A stretch of 64,000 nt of DNA. It comes from a virus. The translations under genes and the position numbers were made by a program. Position 1 is the stretch's first letter. Each line of letters begins with the position of its first letter. Below, one piece after another: positions 1 through 8,149 of the stretch. The notes beneath the pieces were generated by a model that was not told where the DNA came from, did no database searches, and saw only the letters and a program-made list of their open reading frames with translations. Where the stretch lies: IMG/VR virus record IMGVR_UViG_3300037427_004270. The stretch is one strand, 5' to 3'.

Positions 1-187
1 TCTCGAAGATAGCTTCGTGATTTACATTATTGTTTTTAAGTACTGCGTTCTCACACAATGTGTGGAGAGCCGTACCAAAAGCAGTGTAGATATTTCCCTG
101 AAAAGCTTTTAGCTTATCTACTCTTGTAAGTTTATAATAGAAAGGACAGAATTTCCAGTCTTTGATACCCGAAAAAGATAAATGCAT
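1..187 (-). CDS. PD-(D/E)xK (Cas4/AddB/RecB-like) exonuclease, N-terminal part; runs off window
   Basis: Manual translation MHLSFSGIKDWKFCPFYYKL...YTAFGTALHTLCE matches the typical S-x-S...CP...FGTAxH start of this family; AAGGAG RBS; not in ORF track. Confidence 0.65.
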   Translation of the reverse strand, partial: MHLSFSGIKDWKFCPFYYKLTRVDKLKAFQGNIYTAFGTALHTLCENAVLKNNNVNHEAIFE

Positions 188-206
188 ATTTACTCCTTGA
201 GGTATT

Positions 207-235
207 ATTATATCACTTAGTTGTTGTTTTGTCAA
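207..235 (-). promoter_or_regulatory. sigma70-type promoter
   Basis: TTGACA-17 bp-TATAAT upstream of the exonuclease start. Confidence 0.8.
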
Positions 236-605
236 CTACTTTTGTTTGAAAACTTGTTTTCTTTGCAAAAACAGGCACTTCAGGGCTTCCTTCTGTTGCC
301 GACCTTACCGTTTTTTTGAGTTTTTGTTTTGGTGGTATCGTTTTTTTAGGAACTTTTGGCTTGCTTTGTTGTTGCGATAGCGGAAAGATCCATGTACCTT
401 GGTGCTGACATGTTCCCTTTTCGTTTGAAAGAGTGCATTCTTTTATGAATGTTTTTGAGAAAACAATTCCCTCTTCCTTGAGCAGTTGAATTACATCTCT
501 GGTTGTCACTTGTTTTTGTTCCTGTGTTGCTAGTTTTCTTTTTGGAAGTTTAATAGTTATAGAAACTGTGCCTTCCTTATTATTTATTTTAATATCTTTT
601 TTCAT
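213..605 (-). CDS. hypothetical basic protein
   Basis: 130-aa ORF, co-directional, GGAG RBS. Confidence 0.65.
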   Translation of the reverse strand: MKKDIKINNKEGTVSITIKLPKRKLATQEQKQVTTRDVIQLLKEEGIVFSKTFIKECTLSNEKGTCQHQGTWIFPLSQQQSKPKVPKKTIPPKQKLKKTVRSATEGSPEVPVFAKKTSFQTKVVDKTTTK

Positions 606-616
606 TATTTCTCCTC

Positions 617-1231
617 TTAATGTTCGATAGCTTTGCTTATAATTTTATACACCTTATTGTGCATTTGTTTAAGTCTTGTTTTCTTTTTTTGATAATAACC
701 AACGAGACAATCTGAAAAATATTCTTCTATACTCACAATAGATTCTTCATTTAGAAAGCTCTTTTTTATTTGCTTTGACAGAAGTTCTGTATCTATTTTC
801 GCTATTTGTCTTTCAAAACTATTATTTTTTTCCTCATACAAAAAGTCGCAGAGAGGAACTTTGTTTGTTTTTCCGACAACGCCATAATATAATTCTACTT
901 TTTTGGCAAAATAGAGATCTCTTATCTTTGCAGAGATTCTTTTTTCATTTTCTCGATAATATTCAAGGGAGATCTCTTTTAAGAATGAGGAAAAACATTT
1001 TTCTATATTATAAACTTCGTTAGATAAAAATACAGTACCTTTTTTATAAGAAGCTTTTCTGTCTTCCAGCTTTTCTTGTCTGATGAATATAATTTTTTTG
1101 ATATTCGATAAAAAAACTTTATCTACTTTATCTATCTTTTTTATTAAAATATTGACATCAAAGTTTATGGGAGCGGTATCTCTAAAATATACGGGAATTC
1201 CTTGTTTAGTTTCATAATACTTTCGCTGCAA
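617..1231 (-). CDS. hypothetical protein
   Basis: 204-aa ORF overlapping phoH stop. Confidence 0.7.
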   Translation of the reverse strand: MQRKYYETKQGIPVYFRDTAPINFDVNILIKKIDKVDKVFLSNIKKIIFIRQEKLEDRKASYKKGTVFLSNEVYNIEKCFSSFLKEISLEYYRENEKRISAKIRDLYFAKKVELYYGVVGKTNKVPLCDFLYEEKNNSFERQIAKIDTELLSKQIKKSFLNEESIVSIEEYFSDCLVGYYQKKKTRLKQMHNKVYKIISKAIEH

Positions 1232-2549
1232 GGGAAGCCACCTCTGATCTTTCTCCCTTTTTAAGTGTGATATGCCCGGATATCTGATATTCTTTAAACT
1301 TTTCTACTGCATGAACAAGACCGTTCGAAGTCTCATTGATATAGACATTATCTATTTGTTCGACATCGCCGGTGAGAATAATCTTTGTATTGTCGCCGAC
1401 TCTTGTTATTATAGTCTTAATTTCGTGTCTTGTTAAGTTTTGAGCCTCATCAATTATAATATATGCGTTTGCGATAGATCTGCCTCTAATAAAAGTTAGG
1501 GCCTCTACCTCAATAATACCTTTGTCCATATATTCCTGAAACATCTCTTTGTCATTACCCATCAAGAACTGAAGGTTGTCTTGTATCGGGGATAACCAAG
1601 GGATCATTTTTTCCTCTAGTGTTCCTGGCAAGAAGCCAATGTCTTTCCCTAAAGGCTGTACTGGTCTTGAAATTATAAGCCTGGAGTATGCATCTGTATC
1701 GTTTGACAAAGTTTGCTGTAGGCCTGCAGCGAGGGCACACAATGTTTTTCCCGAACCTGCTCTACCAATGAGGGAAACTACTTTGATGTTCTTATCCATA
1801 AGAAGATCAAATGCAAAGCTCTGCTCTTTGTTTCTTGGCTGTAAGCCCCATACTGAGTCTCTTTTTACAATCTTCCTAAGTGGTGTCTCATAGTCTGTAA
1901 ACCTAGACAGTGCTGTTTTCTTTTCGCTAGAGTTGGATATCAACATTATAAATTCATTGCACTTGTGATTGGGGTGTTGTTCCTTGTCGAGATAAATATC
2001 ATCTCCCGCATAAAACCTGTCTATGAGCTCGTCATCCATCAAAATTTCAGAAAAGCCATAATAAACATCCTCTTCGCTACTAACAACCTTTTCCGTATCG
2101 AAGTCTGCGGATTTCATGCCAATGCATTGACATATGACTCGCATATTGATATCTCTTGATACGACAACAATTTCGTCTAAAATATTTATTTTTCTTGCAT
2201 AGTTGTAGATTGTCTGCAGTATTTGATGATCTGCTATCTCTTGCGAAAGCTCTTTTGGGAGTGCTAGCTCTCCAGTGTCATAAACAACAATAAGGTTTCC
2301 TTTCCCCTCTGTTATCTGAACACCCTCTCTCAAGTCTCCCTTCTCTCGAAGTTCATCAAGGGCTTTGATCGCAAGCCTAGCGTTCATGCCAACAGAGTCT
2401 TGGCGCTTCTTGTGTTTATCTATCTCTTCTAATACTTTTATTGGAAGAACTATGTCGCTTTTACTACCAAAGCTATATATGCAACTTGCGTTTGTCAATA
2501 AAACACTGGTGTCTAAAGCGTAGGTTATGCGTTTTTCTGTCATTAACAT
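1212..2549 (-). CDS. phoH: PIN-domain PhoH-family ATPase (PhoH2/YlaK-like)
   Basis: N-terminal PIN (ALDTSVLL, VLEEID, ADHQIL, SRDINMR); Walker A GRAGSGKT, RGRS, IIIDEAQN. Confidence 0.93.
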   Translation of the reverse strand: MLMTEKRITYALDTSVLLTNASCIYSFGSKSDIVLPIKVLEEIDKHKKRQDSVGMNARLAIKALDELREKGDLREGVQITEGKGNLIVVYDTGELALPKELSQEIADHQILQTIYNYARKINILDEIVVVSRDINMRVICQCIGMKSADFDTEKVVSSEEDVYYGFSEILMDDELIDRFYAGDDIYLDKEQHPNHKCNEFIMLISNSSEKKTALSRFTDYETPLRKIVKRDSVWGLQPRNKEQSFAFDLLMDKNIKVVSLIGRAGSGKTLCALAAGLQQTLSNDTDAYSRLIISRPVQPLGKDIGFLPGTLEEKMIPWLSPIQDNLQFLMGNDKEMFQEYMDKGIIEVEALTFIRGRSIANAYIIIDEAQNLTRHEIKTIITRVGDNTKIILTGDVEQIDNVYINETSNGLVHAVEKFKEYQISGHITLKKGERSEVASLAAKVL

Positions 2550-2559
2550 TCCTTACACT

Positions 2560-2569
2560 TATAAATAGT
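2560..2569 (-). promoter_or_regulatory. putative late-promoter motif ACTATTTATA
   Basis: Recurrent intergenic motif on the coding strand ahead of late-type genes. Confidence 0.55.
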
Positions 2570-2616
2570 TTTATAAAAATATTTTGTAGAATATCACTCG
2601 AAAGTATATTTACATT

Positions 2617-3336
2617 ATGAAGAAAATATTCTTAACGAGCCTGTGTGCACTATTTTTATTATCATCTTGTACAATTTTTAGCACACTCGTTATCAAAAAT
2701 AAGAAAGATTCTTTCGTTCAAGTCCTTTCTATAAAGACGGTAAGCGGTGGAGAGATCGGACTTAGCACTGCTTCCGGAGTAGTTGTTGAAAACCGAGGTA
2801 ACAAGTCCTACATTTTGACTGCTGGTCACTTTTGTCTAGATAAAGACGATATTAATAAAACTATATCGCCTATCGAGGGAGTGGTTATAACTAAATTAAA
2901 CGGAGGGCATGAGAAAGGTCGAGTCTTTGCGATCTCTAGATTGTGGGACATATGCCTGTTAGAATCCCCGAAGCTGGGTCTTGACTCTGTTAAAGTCGCT
3001 GCTCACGATATTGAGGTTGGCGACAACGTAGTAAACATCGCTGCACCTAACGGTTTATTTGGAAAAGATCTTGTAATGTCATATGAAGGACGATATTCCG
3101 GGCATGGCGGGAACGGATATGCTGTGGAGACAGAAGTTGATTTCTATACATTCCCTGTCGCTCCTGGTAGTTCAGGGAGTCCAATATTTAATTTAAAAGG
3201 CGAAATTGTAGGCTTAGTATTCGCCGTAGACGCCAGGTATCACCATATTACCTTGGCAGTAACAAGAGAACAAATAATAATGTTTTTAGAGAGTGTTCTC
3301 GACCTAGACTATATTATAGAAAGACCAAGGAAGTAA
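2617..3336 (+). CDS. trypsin-like (S1) serine protease with lipoprotein-type signal
   Basis: LTAGHFC (His), DICLL (Asp), PGSSGSP (Ser); N-terminal LLSSC lipobox. Confidence 0.88.
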   Translation: MKKIFLTSLCALFLLSSCTIFSTLVIKNKKDSFVQVLSIKTVSGGEIGLSTASGVVVENRGNKSYILTAGHFCLDKDDINKTISPIEGVVITKLNGGHEKGRVFAISRLWDICLLESPKLGLDSVKVAAHDIEVGDNVVNIAAPNGLFGKDLVMSYEGRYSGHGGNGYAVETEVDFYTFPVAPGSSGSPIFNLKGEIVGLVFAVDARYHHITLAVTREQIIMFLESVLDLDYIIERPRK

Positions 3337-3344
3337 CTATTTAC
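3336..3344 (+). promoter_or_regulatory. putative late-promoter motif ACTATTTAC
   Basis: Same motif on the + strand between two + strand genes, showing it follows gene orientation. Confidence 0.55.
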
Positions 3345-3367
3345 CTGTATTAACCTGGTCCTTTCTC

Positions 3368-4042
3368 TTGAAAACAAAAAACAAAAAAAGAAAAATTCTA
3401 AAGTTTGAGTTATTGTCCTTAGACTATCAAGACGTATGTGATGTTTTTGAAACATGCGAAACTGAATTTCATAAGAATTTCTTTGATCCCAAATTAGAAG
3501 AGCAAATAAAAGAACAAGAAGAAGCTATGAAAAAAAGGGAAGAAAAAGATAAGGAAAACAATGCCAAGGAAAAAGAAAAAAAGATGTCCGATTCCACAGA
3601 TATTCAATCTCCCAACAAACAAGAACAGAGCAGCGAGAAAGAAAGCAGCGAACTCGAAGTAAAAGAAGAGAAGATCTCTAAAAAAGTGGTTCGAAAGTTG
3701 TTCAGGGCAATTGCGCTTGAGACACACCCCGATGCTCTATACGGCGAAGATGCAGATACAATAGAATATAAAGAGAGCTTATATAAAAAAGCAGCTCGTG
3801 CTGCCAAAAAAGGTAAGGAGTACGAGCTGCTTGAAATAGCTGTATCGTTAGGTATTACTGATATATTAAACGATACGGAAATTTATTTATTATTAGATAA
3901 AGCCATGATGAACTTGAAAAATAAAGTACATCAACTAAAAAATTCTATAATGTGGCTATGGTATCACGCCAACGGTAAACAGAAAAATATTCTTGAAATA
4001 CAGATACAAAAACAACTTGGCCTTAAAAAAAGAGATGAATAA
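3368..4042 (+). CDS. J-domain (DnaJ-like) protein
   Basis: KLFRAIALETHPD with the HPD motif after a charged coiled coil; TTG start. Confidence 0.7.
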   Translation: MKTKNKKRKILKFELLSLDYQDVCDVFETCETEFHKNFFDPKLEEQIKEQEEAMKKREEKDKENNAKEKEKKMSDSTDIQSPNKQEQSSEKESSELEVKEEKISKKVVRKLFRAIALETHPDALYGEDADTIEYKESLYKKAARAAKKGKEYELLEIAVSLGITDILNDTEIYLLLDKAMMNLKNKVHQLKNSIMWLWYHANGKQKNILEIQIQKQLGLKKRDE

Positions 4043-4043
4043 A

Positions 4044-4226
4044 TTATTCTTCTGAGGCGCAGGCGACAGTAATTTTCTGAGGTTCGAAAACATAGCTTGT
4101 TTCTGTTCCCGAGTCTTTTTCATTGCCAGCGTCTGGAATGCCTGCATCTGGGCTGTCTACAACCAGAGGGTTGCACGATAGGCAAGTCAATGCCAAGAAA
4201 GTAAGGGTACTTGCTCTTTTTTTCAT
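4044..4226 (-). CDS. small lipoprotein
   Basis: MKKR n-region, LALTCLSC lipobox, PDAGIPDAG linker. Confidence 0.6.
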   Translation of the reverse strand: MKKRASTLTFLALTCLSCNPLVVDSPDAGIPDAGNEKDSGTETSYVFEPQKITVACASEE

Positions 4227-4288
4227 TTTAATGTCCTTTGTTTTGAAATATTAGTAAAAAATAAGATGTATTAGCTGTATAAGTAGTA

Positions 4289-4807
4289 TCATACTACGTC
4301 AAAATCCTCTTTGCGGCGCTTAGAAAACCATTTTGGGATCTTTTCTTGTGGATACCGCATCTTTGGCTTGTCAGAATAGAAGTCACGATATGACTTGACA
4401 ACGTTGTCACTCTTATATTCATCGGGCATACACAGAGGAAGTTGCGTAGGCTCGTGGCTTGGGAACTTCGATACATCGAACAACTCTTTGCAAATGTTTA
4501 ATACACGCTCACACTTGTGAACTTTGTGTTGGCCGAAGCGCAACTTGTATTCTTCCAACATAGCCTCGGTATGTTTTACCAAGTTAAGGAAGTTGGCAGA
4601 AGACTCGCGCACCCATTTTGTAGATGGGTGGTTGAAGTGTGCATTACGATAAGGTGTCTCGAAGCCGTGATGGTTGAGAGTTGTGCAAAGCATTTGACAG
4701 CTTTCTAATATCATCTTGACAACACGATAGTTGTCTAGCTCACGAGCTGACTGTTCCCAGTCGATAGTTCCGGTTTGTTCGCATCCACTAATAGCAAAAA
4801 TATTCAT
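4289..4807 (-). CDS. pyrimidine-dimer DNA glycosylase/endonuclease V-like protein
   Basis: MNIF..., VVKMILESCQMLCT, YRNAHFNHPSTKW, YRDFY motifs; GGAGG RBS. Confidence 0.78.
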   Translation of the reverse strand: MNIFAISGCEQTGTIDWEQSARELDNYRVVKMILESCQMLCTTLNHHGFETPYRNAHFNHPSTKWVRESSANFLNLVKHTEAMLEEYKLRFGQHKVHKCERVLNICKELFDVSKFPSHEPTQLPLCMPDEYKSDNVVKSYRDFYSDKPKMRYPQEKIPKWFSKRRKEDFDVV

Positions 4808-4829
4808 ATGATCCCTCCTAGAGAGTCAT

Positions 4830-4858
4830 ATTATACTACATGTGTGGATATTTGTCAA
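4830..4858 (-). promoter_or_regulatory. sigma70-type promoter
   Basis: TTGACA-17 bp-TATAAT. Confidence 0.85.
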
Positions 4859-4864
4859 GTATGT

Positions 4865-5779
4865 TTATTCTGCGTCGGTGAATGTAACGATTGTTCCGTC
4901 ATCAAGCTGCAGGCTAGCTAGCCAGTCTATATCACCGTTCTGATCTCTTTGAATTGGGGAGTCATCTCCAGTAAAAAGATCTCTCATACTTTTTGTGCCC
5001 TTTTCAATTGTAGCTTTTGCGTCTCTGCCATAGGATTTCTCAACATGAGATTCTGCGGCCTCTACACTAGGAAACGTGGTTGGTGTATTTGCTTGTGCAC
5101 CTGTGCCGAATAGGGATGCAGCCATTATGCCGCCTATCACCAGAGGAACACCAAGTTTCCTTTTCAGAGAGCTAACAAATTGCTTTGCTCCCTCATTTAA
5201 ATGTAAATCATATTCTTCAAGGAGAGTATCTATTTCTTCTTCCAATAGTTGCTCGTCCAATTGCTTTGAGAATCTTTCGATGATGTCTTCTTCGCGCATT
5301 GCTTGAGTGGTTGAAGCACGATCTGTCCTTGTTTTGCTGGGCACTGTGTCTGCACCACTCTTAACGCCCGGCATTGAACGAGTATTTTCATCATCGTCAT
5401 CATATATGTCATCTAGTGTGGCTTTTGGTAAAGTATCTGTGATGTTCTTTGCCATGATCTTCTGGACGCCTGGATCAAAGATGATACCCTTAACAATCTT
5501 TTCAATTGTTTTTATCATCTCTGGGGTTACTTTGTTTTTTCTGAATTTGTCAAGAAAACTAGATTTTTTAGCATCGTCTGGTGTGACACTTTTCACTGCT
5601 TGATCTACAGTGTTCATTCTTGAGTCTTTCGACTGCTTTTTAAGGAGTGCGCGGTAAACTTTTGGATCGTTTGGATCTAAGCCCTGACGCTTGAGGGCCG
5701 CTATTCCTGCGGGACTAAAGTTTATCCCGTCTCCTGGAGCTTCTTGTACTCTTCCTCTTTTAACAATAACCTTTTTCAT
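4865..5779 (-). CDS. putative internal virion protein
   Basis: 304 aa; acidic L-x-E cluster (LDEQLLEE..LLEE..LNEG) followed by a hydrophobic segment. Confidence 0.6.
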   Translation of the reverse strand: MKKVIVKRGRVQEAPGDGINFSPAGIAALKRQGLDPNDPKVYRALLKKQSKDSRMNTVDQAVKSVTPDDAKKSSFLDKFRKNKVTPEMIKTIEKIVKGIIFDPGVQKIMAKNITDTLPKATLDDIYDDDDENTRSMPGVKSGADTVPSKTRTDRASTTQAMREEDIIERFSKQLDEQLLEEEIDTLLEEYDLHLNEGAKQFVSSLKRKLGVPLVIGGIMAASLFGTGAQANTPTTFPSVEAAESHVEKSYGRDAKATIEKGTKSMRDLFTGDDSPIQRDQNGDIDWLASLQLDDGTIVTFTDAE

Positions 5780-5808
5780 ATCTCACCTCGATATTATATA
5801 TAGAAGCT

Positions 5809-7212
5809 TTATTCTGAAAAATACTTTATCTTTGGCATGCCAGTATATTTACAAGCTTCCTCCAGGGCAGCTCTTAGCATTTGTTCTCTCTTTTTGGGAT
5901 CTTTCCAGTCCTCTTTCATTGACGGAGATAATGTTCGTAGTGGGTCAACATATGTAAATAATTTACCTCGCTTTACAGCAGGTGCCTTAAATACTGATAT
6001 GCCAGTTTTTCGGTCGTAATGTTCGTAGCTGTGTGCATCTCTTTTTCCGCCACCGCCCATTGTATCCACAATAAACAAAGGAACATTAAAGCCTGCAGTA
6101 GAACCTCGGACTTCTTTCTCTAGGTCAATAGCTGTTTGGACTGTGGTTCTAAGATCTTCCGTTCCTCTAACCAAGTCGTGTACATAAACATAATATGGAT
6201 GCACATTGATGTAACTTAGTTTCTTAATTAAGTCTCCCATGAGTTCTGGAGTGTCGTTTACTCCTGCCTGTAATACCGTTTGGTTGCGAACAGTGATACC
6301 CCTCTCAAATAATAGGTTCATGGCATCCTGAGAAATACCCGTCACTTCGTTTGGGGTATTGAAGTGAGTATGTATAACAACTTCTTTGTGAAGCTTTCTA
6401 CCTCTCTCCACGATTTCAGTTACTGCGTCCGTCCATTCTGTGTCAGTTAAGATCTTCATAGGCTGAATGGCCAGACCCTTAGTGGCAAAGCGGAATCTCC
6501 TGACATGTGGAATATCTAACAATGCATGGCCCAACTCAAGAACTTGGCTTGGCTTTAAACGATACATGTCGCCACCGCTGATGACAATATCTTCTAGCTC
6601 TTTGCGTTCCTTAATATACTGAAACGCCTTGTCCCATCTTTCTTGGTTTGCTTTGAGCTGTACTTTCTCGACGGTATCTGTATCTAAGCCAACAGCATAG
6701 GAGCGAGTACAAAAACGACAATACACTGGGCATGTGTCCAGAGCTAGAAACAGGGCTTTGTCTGGGTATCTGTGAGTAAGGCCGTCAACAGGTGCATCGG
6801 CCTGCTCATGTAGTGAATCCAAAGTTAGGAGAGGGTGGTCTTCTTCTAGTTGAGAGCCCACTGGAAGGAATTGCCTTCGTATAGGGTCTGTGTAGGGGTT
6901 TTCCCAATCAATGAGAGAAAGCAAATAGGGAGATATTCGAACTGCCATAGGTGCAGCACCAAAGCCAGCTTTGACATCTTCAATAAACTCTTCTGATACA
7001 ATATCCTGAACTGCTGCTATGAGCTTCTTTGGTTTTGTGATAGCATTTCTCTCTTGCCACTTATGGCTCAAGAAAGTTTCTTCATCTATCTCTTTCCAAG
7101 CTGGTATTCTCTGCCAGAAGGCATCTCTCCTTAAATTTCTCCACGAAAGACTCTGTTCCGAAACTTTTGGCTTTAAGTGATTTACCTTCTCTTCTACTAT
7201 CTTCAAACTCAT
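5809..7212 (-). CDS. kamA: KamA-family radical-SAM lysine 2,3-aminomutase
   Basis: HRYPDK, CPVYCRFCTR (CxxxCxxC), ISGGD, NQTVLQAGVND, PYYVY, GGGGK PLP-lysine; start at 7212 chosen from GGAGG RBS (7227 is an alternative). Confidence 0.92.
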   Translation of the reverse strand: MSLKIVEEKVNHLKPKVSEQSLSWRNLRRDAFWQRIPAWKEIDEETFLSHKWQERNAITKPKKLIAAVQDIVSEEFIEDVKAGFGAAPMAVRISPYLLSLIDWENPYTDPIRRQFLPVGSQLEEDHPLLTLDSLHEQADAPVDGLTHRYPDKALFLALDTCPVYCRFCTRSYAVGLDTDTVEKVQLKANQERWDKAFQYIKERKELEDIVISGGDMYRLKPSQVLELGHALLDIPHVRRFRFATKGLAIQPMKILTDTEWTDAVTEIVERGRKLHKEVVIHTHFNTPNEVTGISQDAMNLLFERGITVRNQTVLQAGVNDTPELMGDLIKKLSYINVHPYYVYVHDLVRGTEDLRTTVQTAIDLEKEVRGSTAGFNVPLFIVDTMGGGGKRDAHSYEHYDRKTGISVFKAPAVKRGKLFTYVDPLRTLSPSMKEDWKDPKKREQMLRAALEEACKYTGMPKIKYFSE

Positions 7213-7232
7213 AAGGGCCTCCAACATTGCAC

Positions 7233-7261
7233 ATTATATCATACATAGCATTTTTTGTAAA
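7233..7261 (-). promoter_or_regulatory. sigma70-type promoter for kamA
   Basis: TTTACA-17 bp-TATAAT, overlapping the upstream terminator T-tract. Confidence 0.7.
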
Positions 7262-7286
7262 AAAAAAGAGCCCCTTTCGGGGCTCT
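7259..7286 (-). terminator. intrinsic terminator
   Basis: AGAGCCCC-GAAA-GGGGCTCT followed by a T run on the minus strand. Confidence 0.9.
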
Positions 7287-7308
7287 CTTGCTTCTAAGGG
7301 CCGAAAGC

Positions 7309-7950
7309 TTAGAAGTTAATTCCCGCCGACAGTGTAACAACGTTTGCGTCGTCACCTTCGGTATTCTGTTGACGGAAGTATTCTGCACGAACACTAACGC
7401 CTGCGCCCACTTCTGTTGACGCTCCGGCAAGGATGCGGTTCTCTGATACACCGTCTTGGTTAACGTGTACTTCATCGCCCACGGATACATCAACGGTTGC
7501 GATCTTTAAGTCCAAAGACTTTGTGAGCATAATTTGCTCACGAACTCGCATTTGTTCTGTGCCAACGGCAGTAACGTCGCCATGCTCATCTAGTTGCAGG
7601 CGCAGTCTGTTGGCTAATGTAATACCGAGTGGTAATGCCACATCGTTATTTACATCTAAAGAAACTCGGTTCTCTGATGTGCCATTAGTATTAGTGTTTC
7701 GGATGCGTAACTGTAAATCCATATTCTCAGTTAAGTCACGAGACACTGCGAACACGGTGTGTTCATAACCAGCGGCCTTCGTAACCATGTCCTCACTAAT
7801 GCTTAGATCATGGCGAACTTGCTCTTCTGCTGAGAGTGTAAAGCCGCCAAGCTTTGCAGATCCAGCGGTAGCTTCCAAACGAAGTTCGTCTGCATAACTA
7901 ACGCTACTTACCAAAAACGCCATAACGGTCGCTAATAGTGCTTTTTTCAT
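7309..7950 (-). CDS. outer-membrane beta-barrel protein (DUF2490-like)
   Basis: Signal peptide MKKALLATVMAFLVSSVSYA, alternating beta-strand pattern, RLRLQL and ENRILAG motifs, C-terminal Phe; AAGGAG RBS. Confidence 0.75.
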   Translation of the reverse strand: MKKALLATVMAFLVSSVSYADELRLEATAGSAKLGGFTLSAEEQVRHDLSISEDMVTKAAGYEHTVFAVSRDLTENMDLQLRIRNTNTNGTSENRVSLDVNNDVALPLGITLANRLRLQLDEHGDVTAVGTEQMRVREQIMLTKSLDLKIATVDVSVGDEVHVNQDGVSENRILAGASTEVGAGVSVRAEYFRQQNTEGDDANVVTLSAGINF

Positions 7951-8005
7951 AGTTTTCTCCTTTTCATTCACCCGCTTAATTGCGGAGTGATGTTAAGTTG
8001 ATATA

Positions 8006-8034
8006 ATTCTATCACGGTTCGTATATTATGTCAA
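8006..8034 (-). promoter_or_regulatory. sigma70-type promoter
   Basis: TTGACA-17 bp-TAGAAT. Confidence 0.75.
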
Positions 8035-8096
8035 GGGGTGTATCTAAAGTAAAACTTTAACTTTGACGCAATGGGTCATACGAGGAGAAAAAGTGT

Positions 8097-8142
8097 AATA
8101 AAAACAAGCATTTAGGATGGTTTGTAAGTACTTGTTTTTATT
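8097..8142. repeat. 12-bp perfect inverted repeat with embedded GTAAGTAC motif
   Basis: AATAAAAACAAG (8097-8108) / CTTGTTTTTATT (8131-8142). Confidence 0.7.
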
Positions 8143-8149
8143 GCGTTTT

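Noticed and set aside
1-187. Cas4 as part of a CRISPR-Cas locus
   Set aside because: Stand-alone PD-(D/E)xK exonucleases are common in phages; no array or other cas genes in the window.
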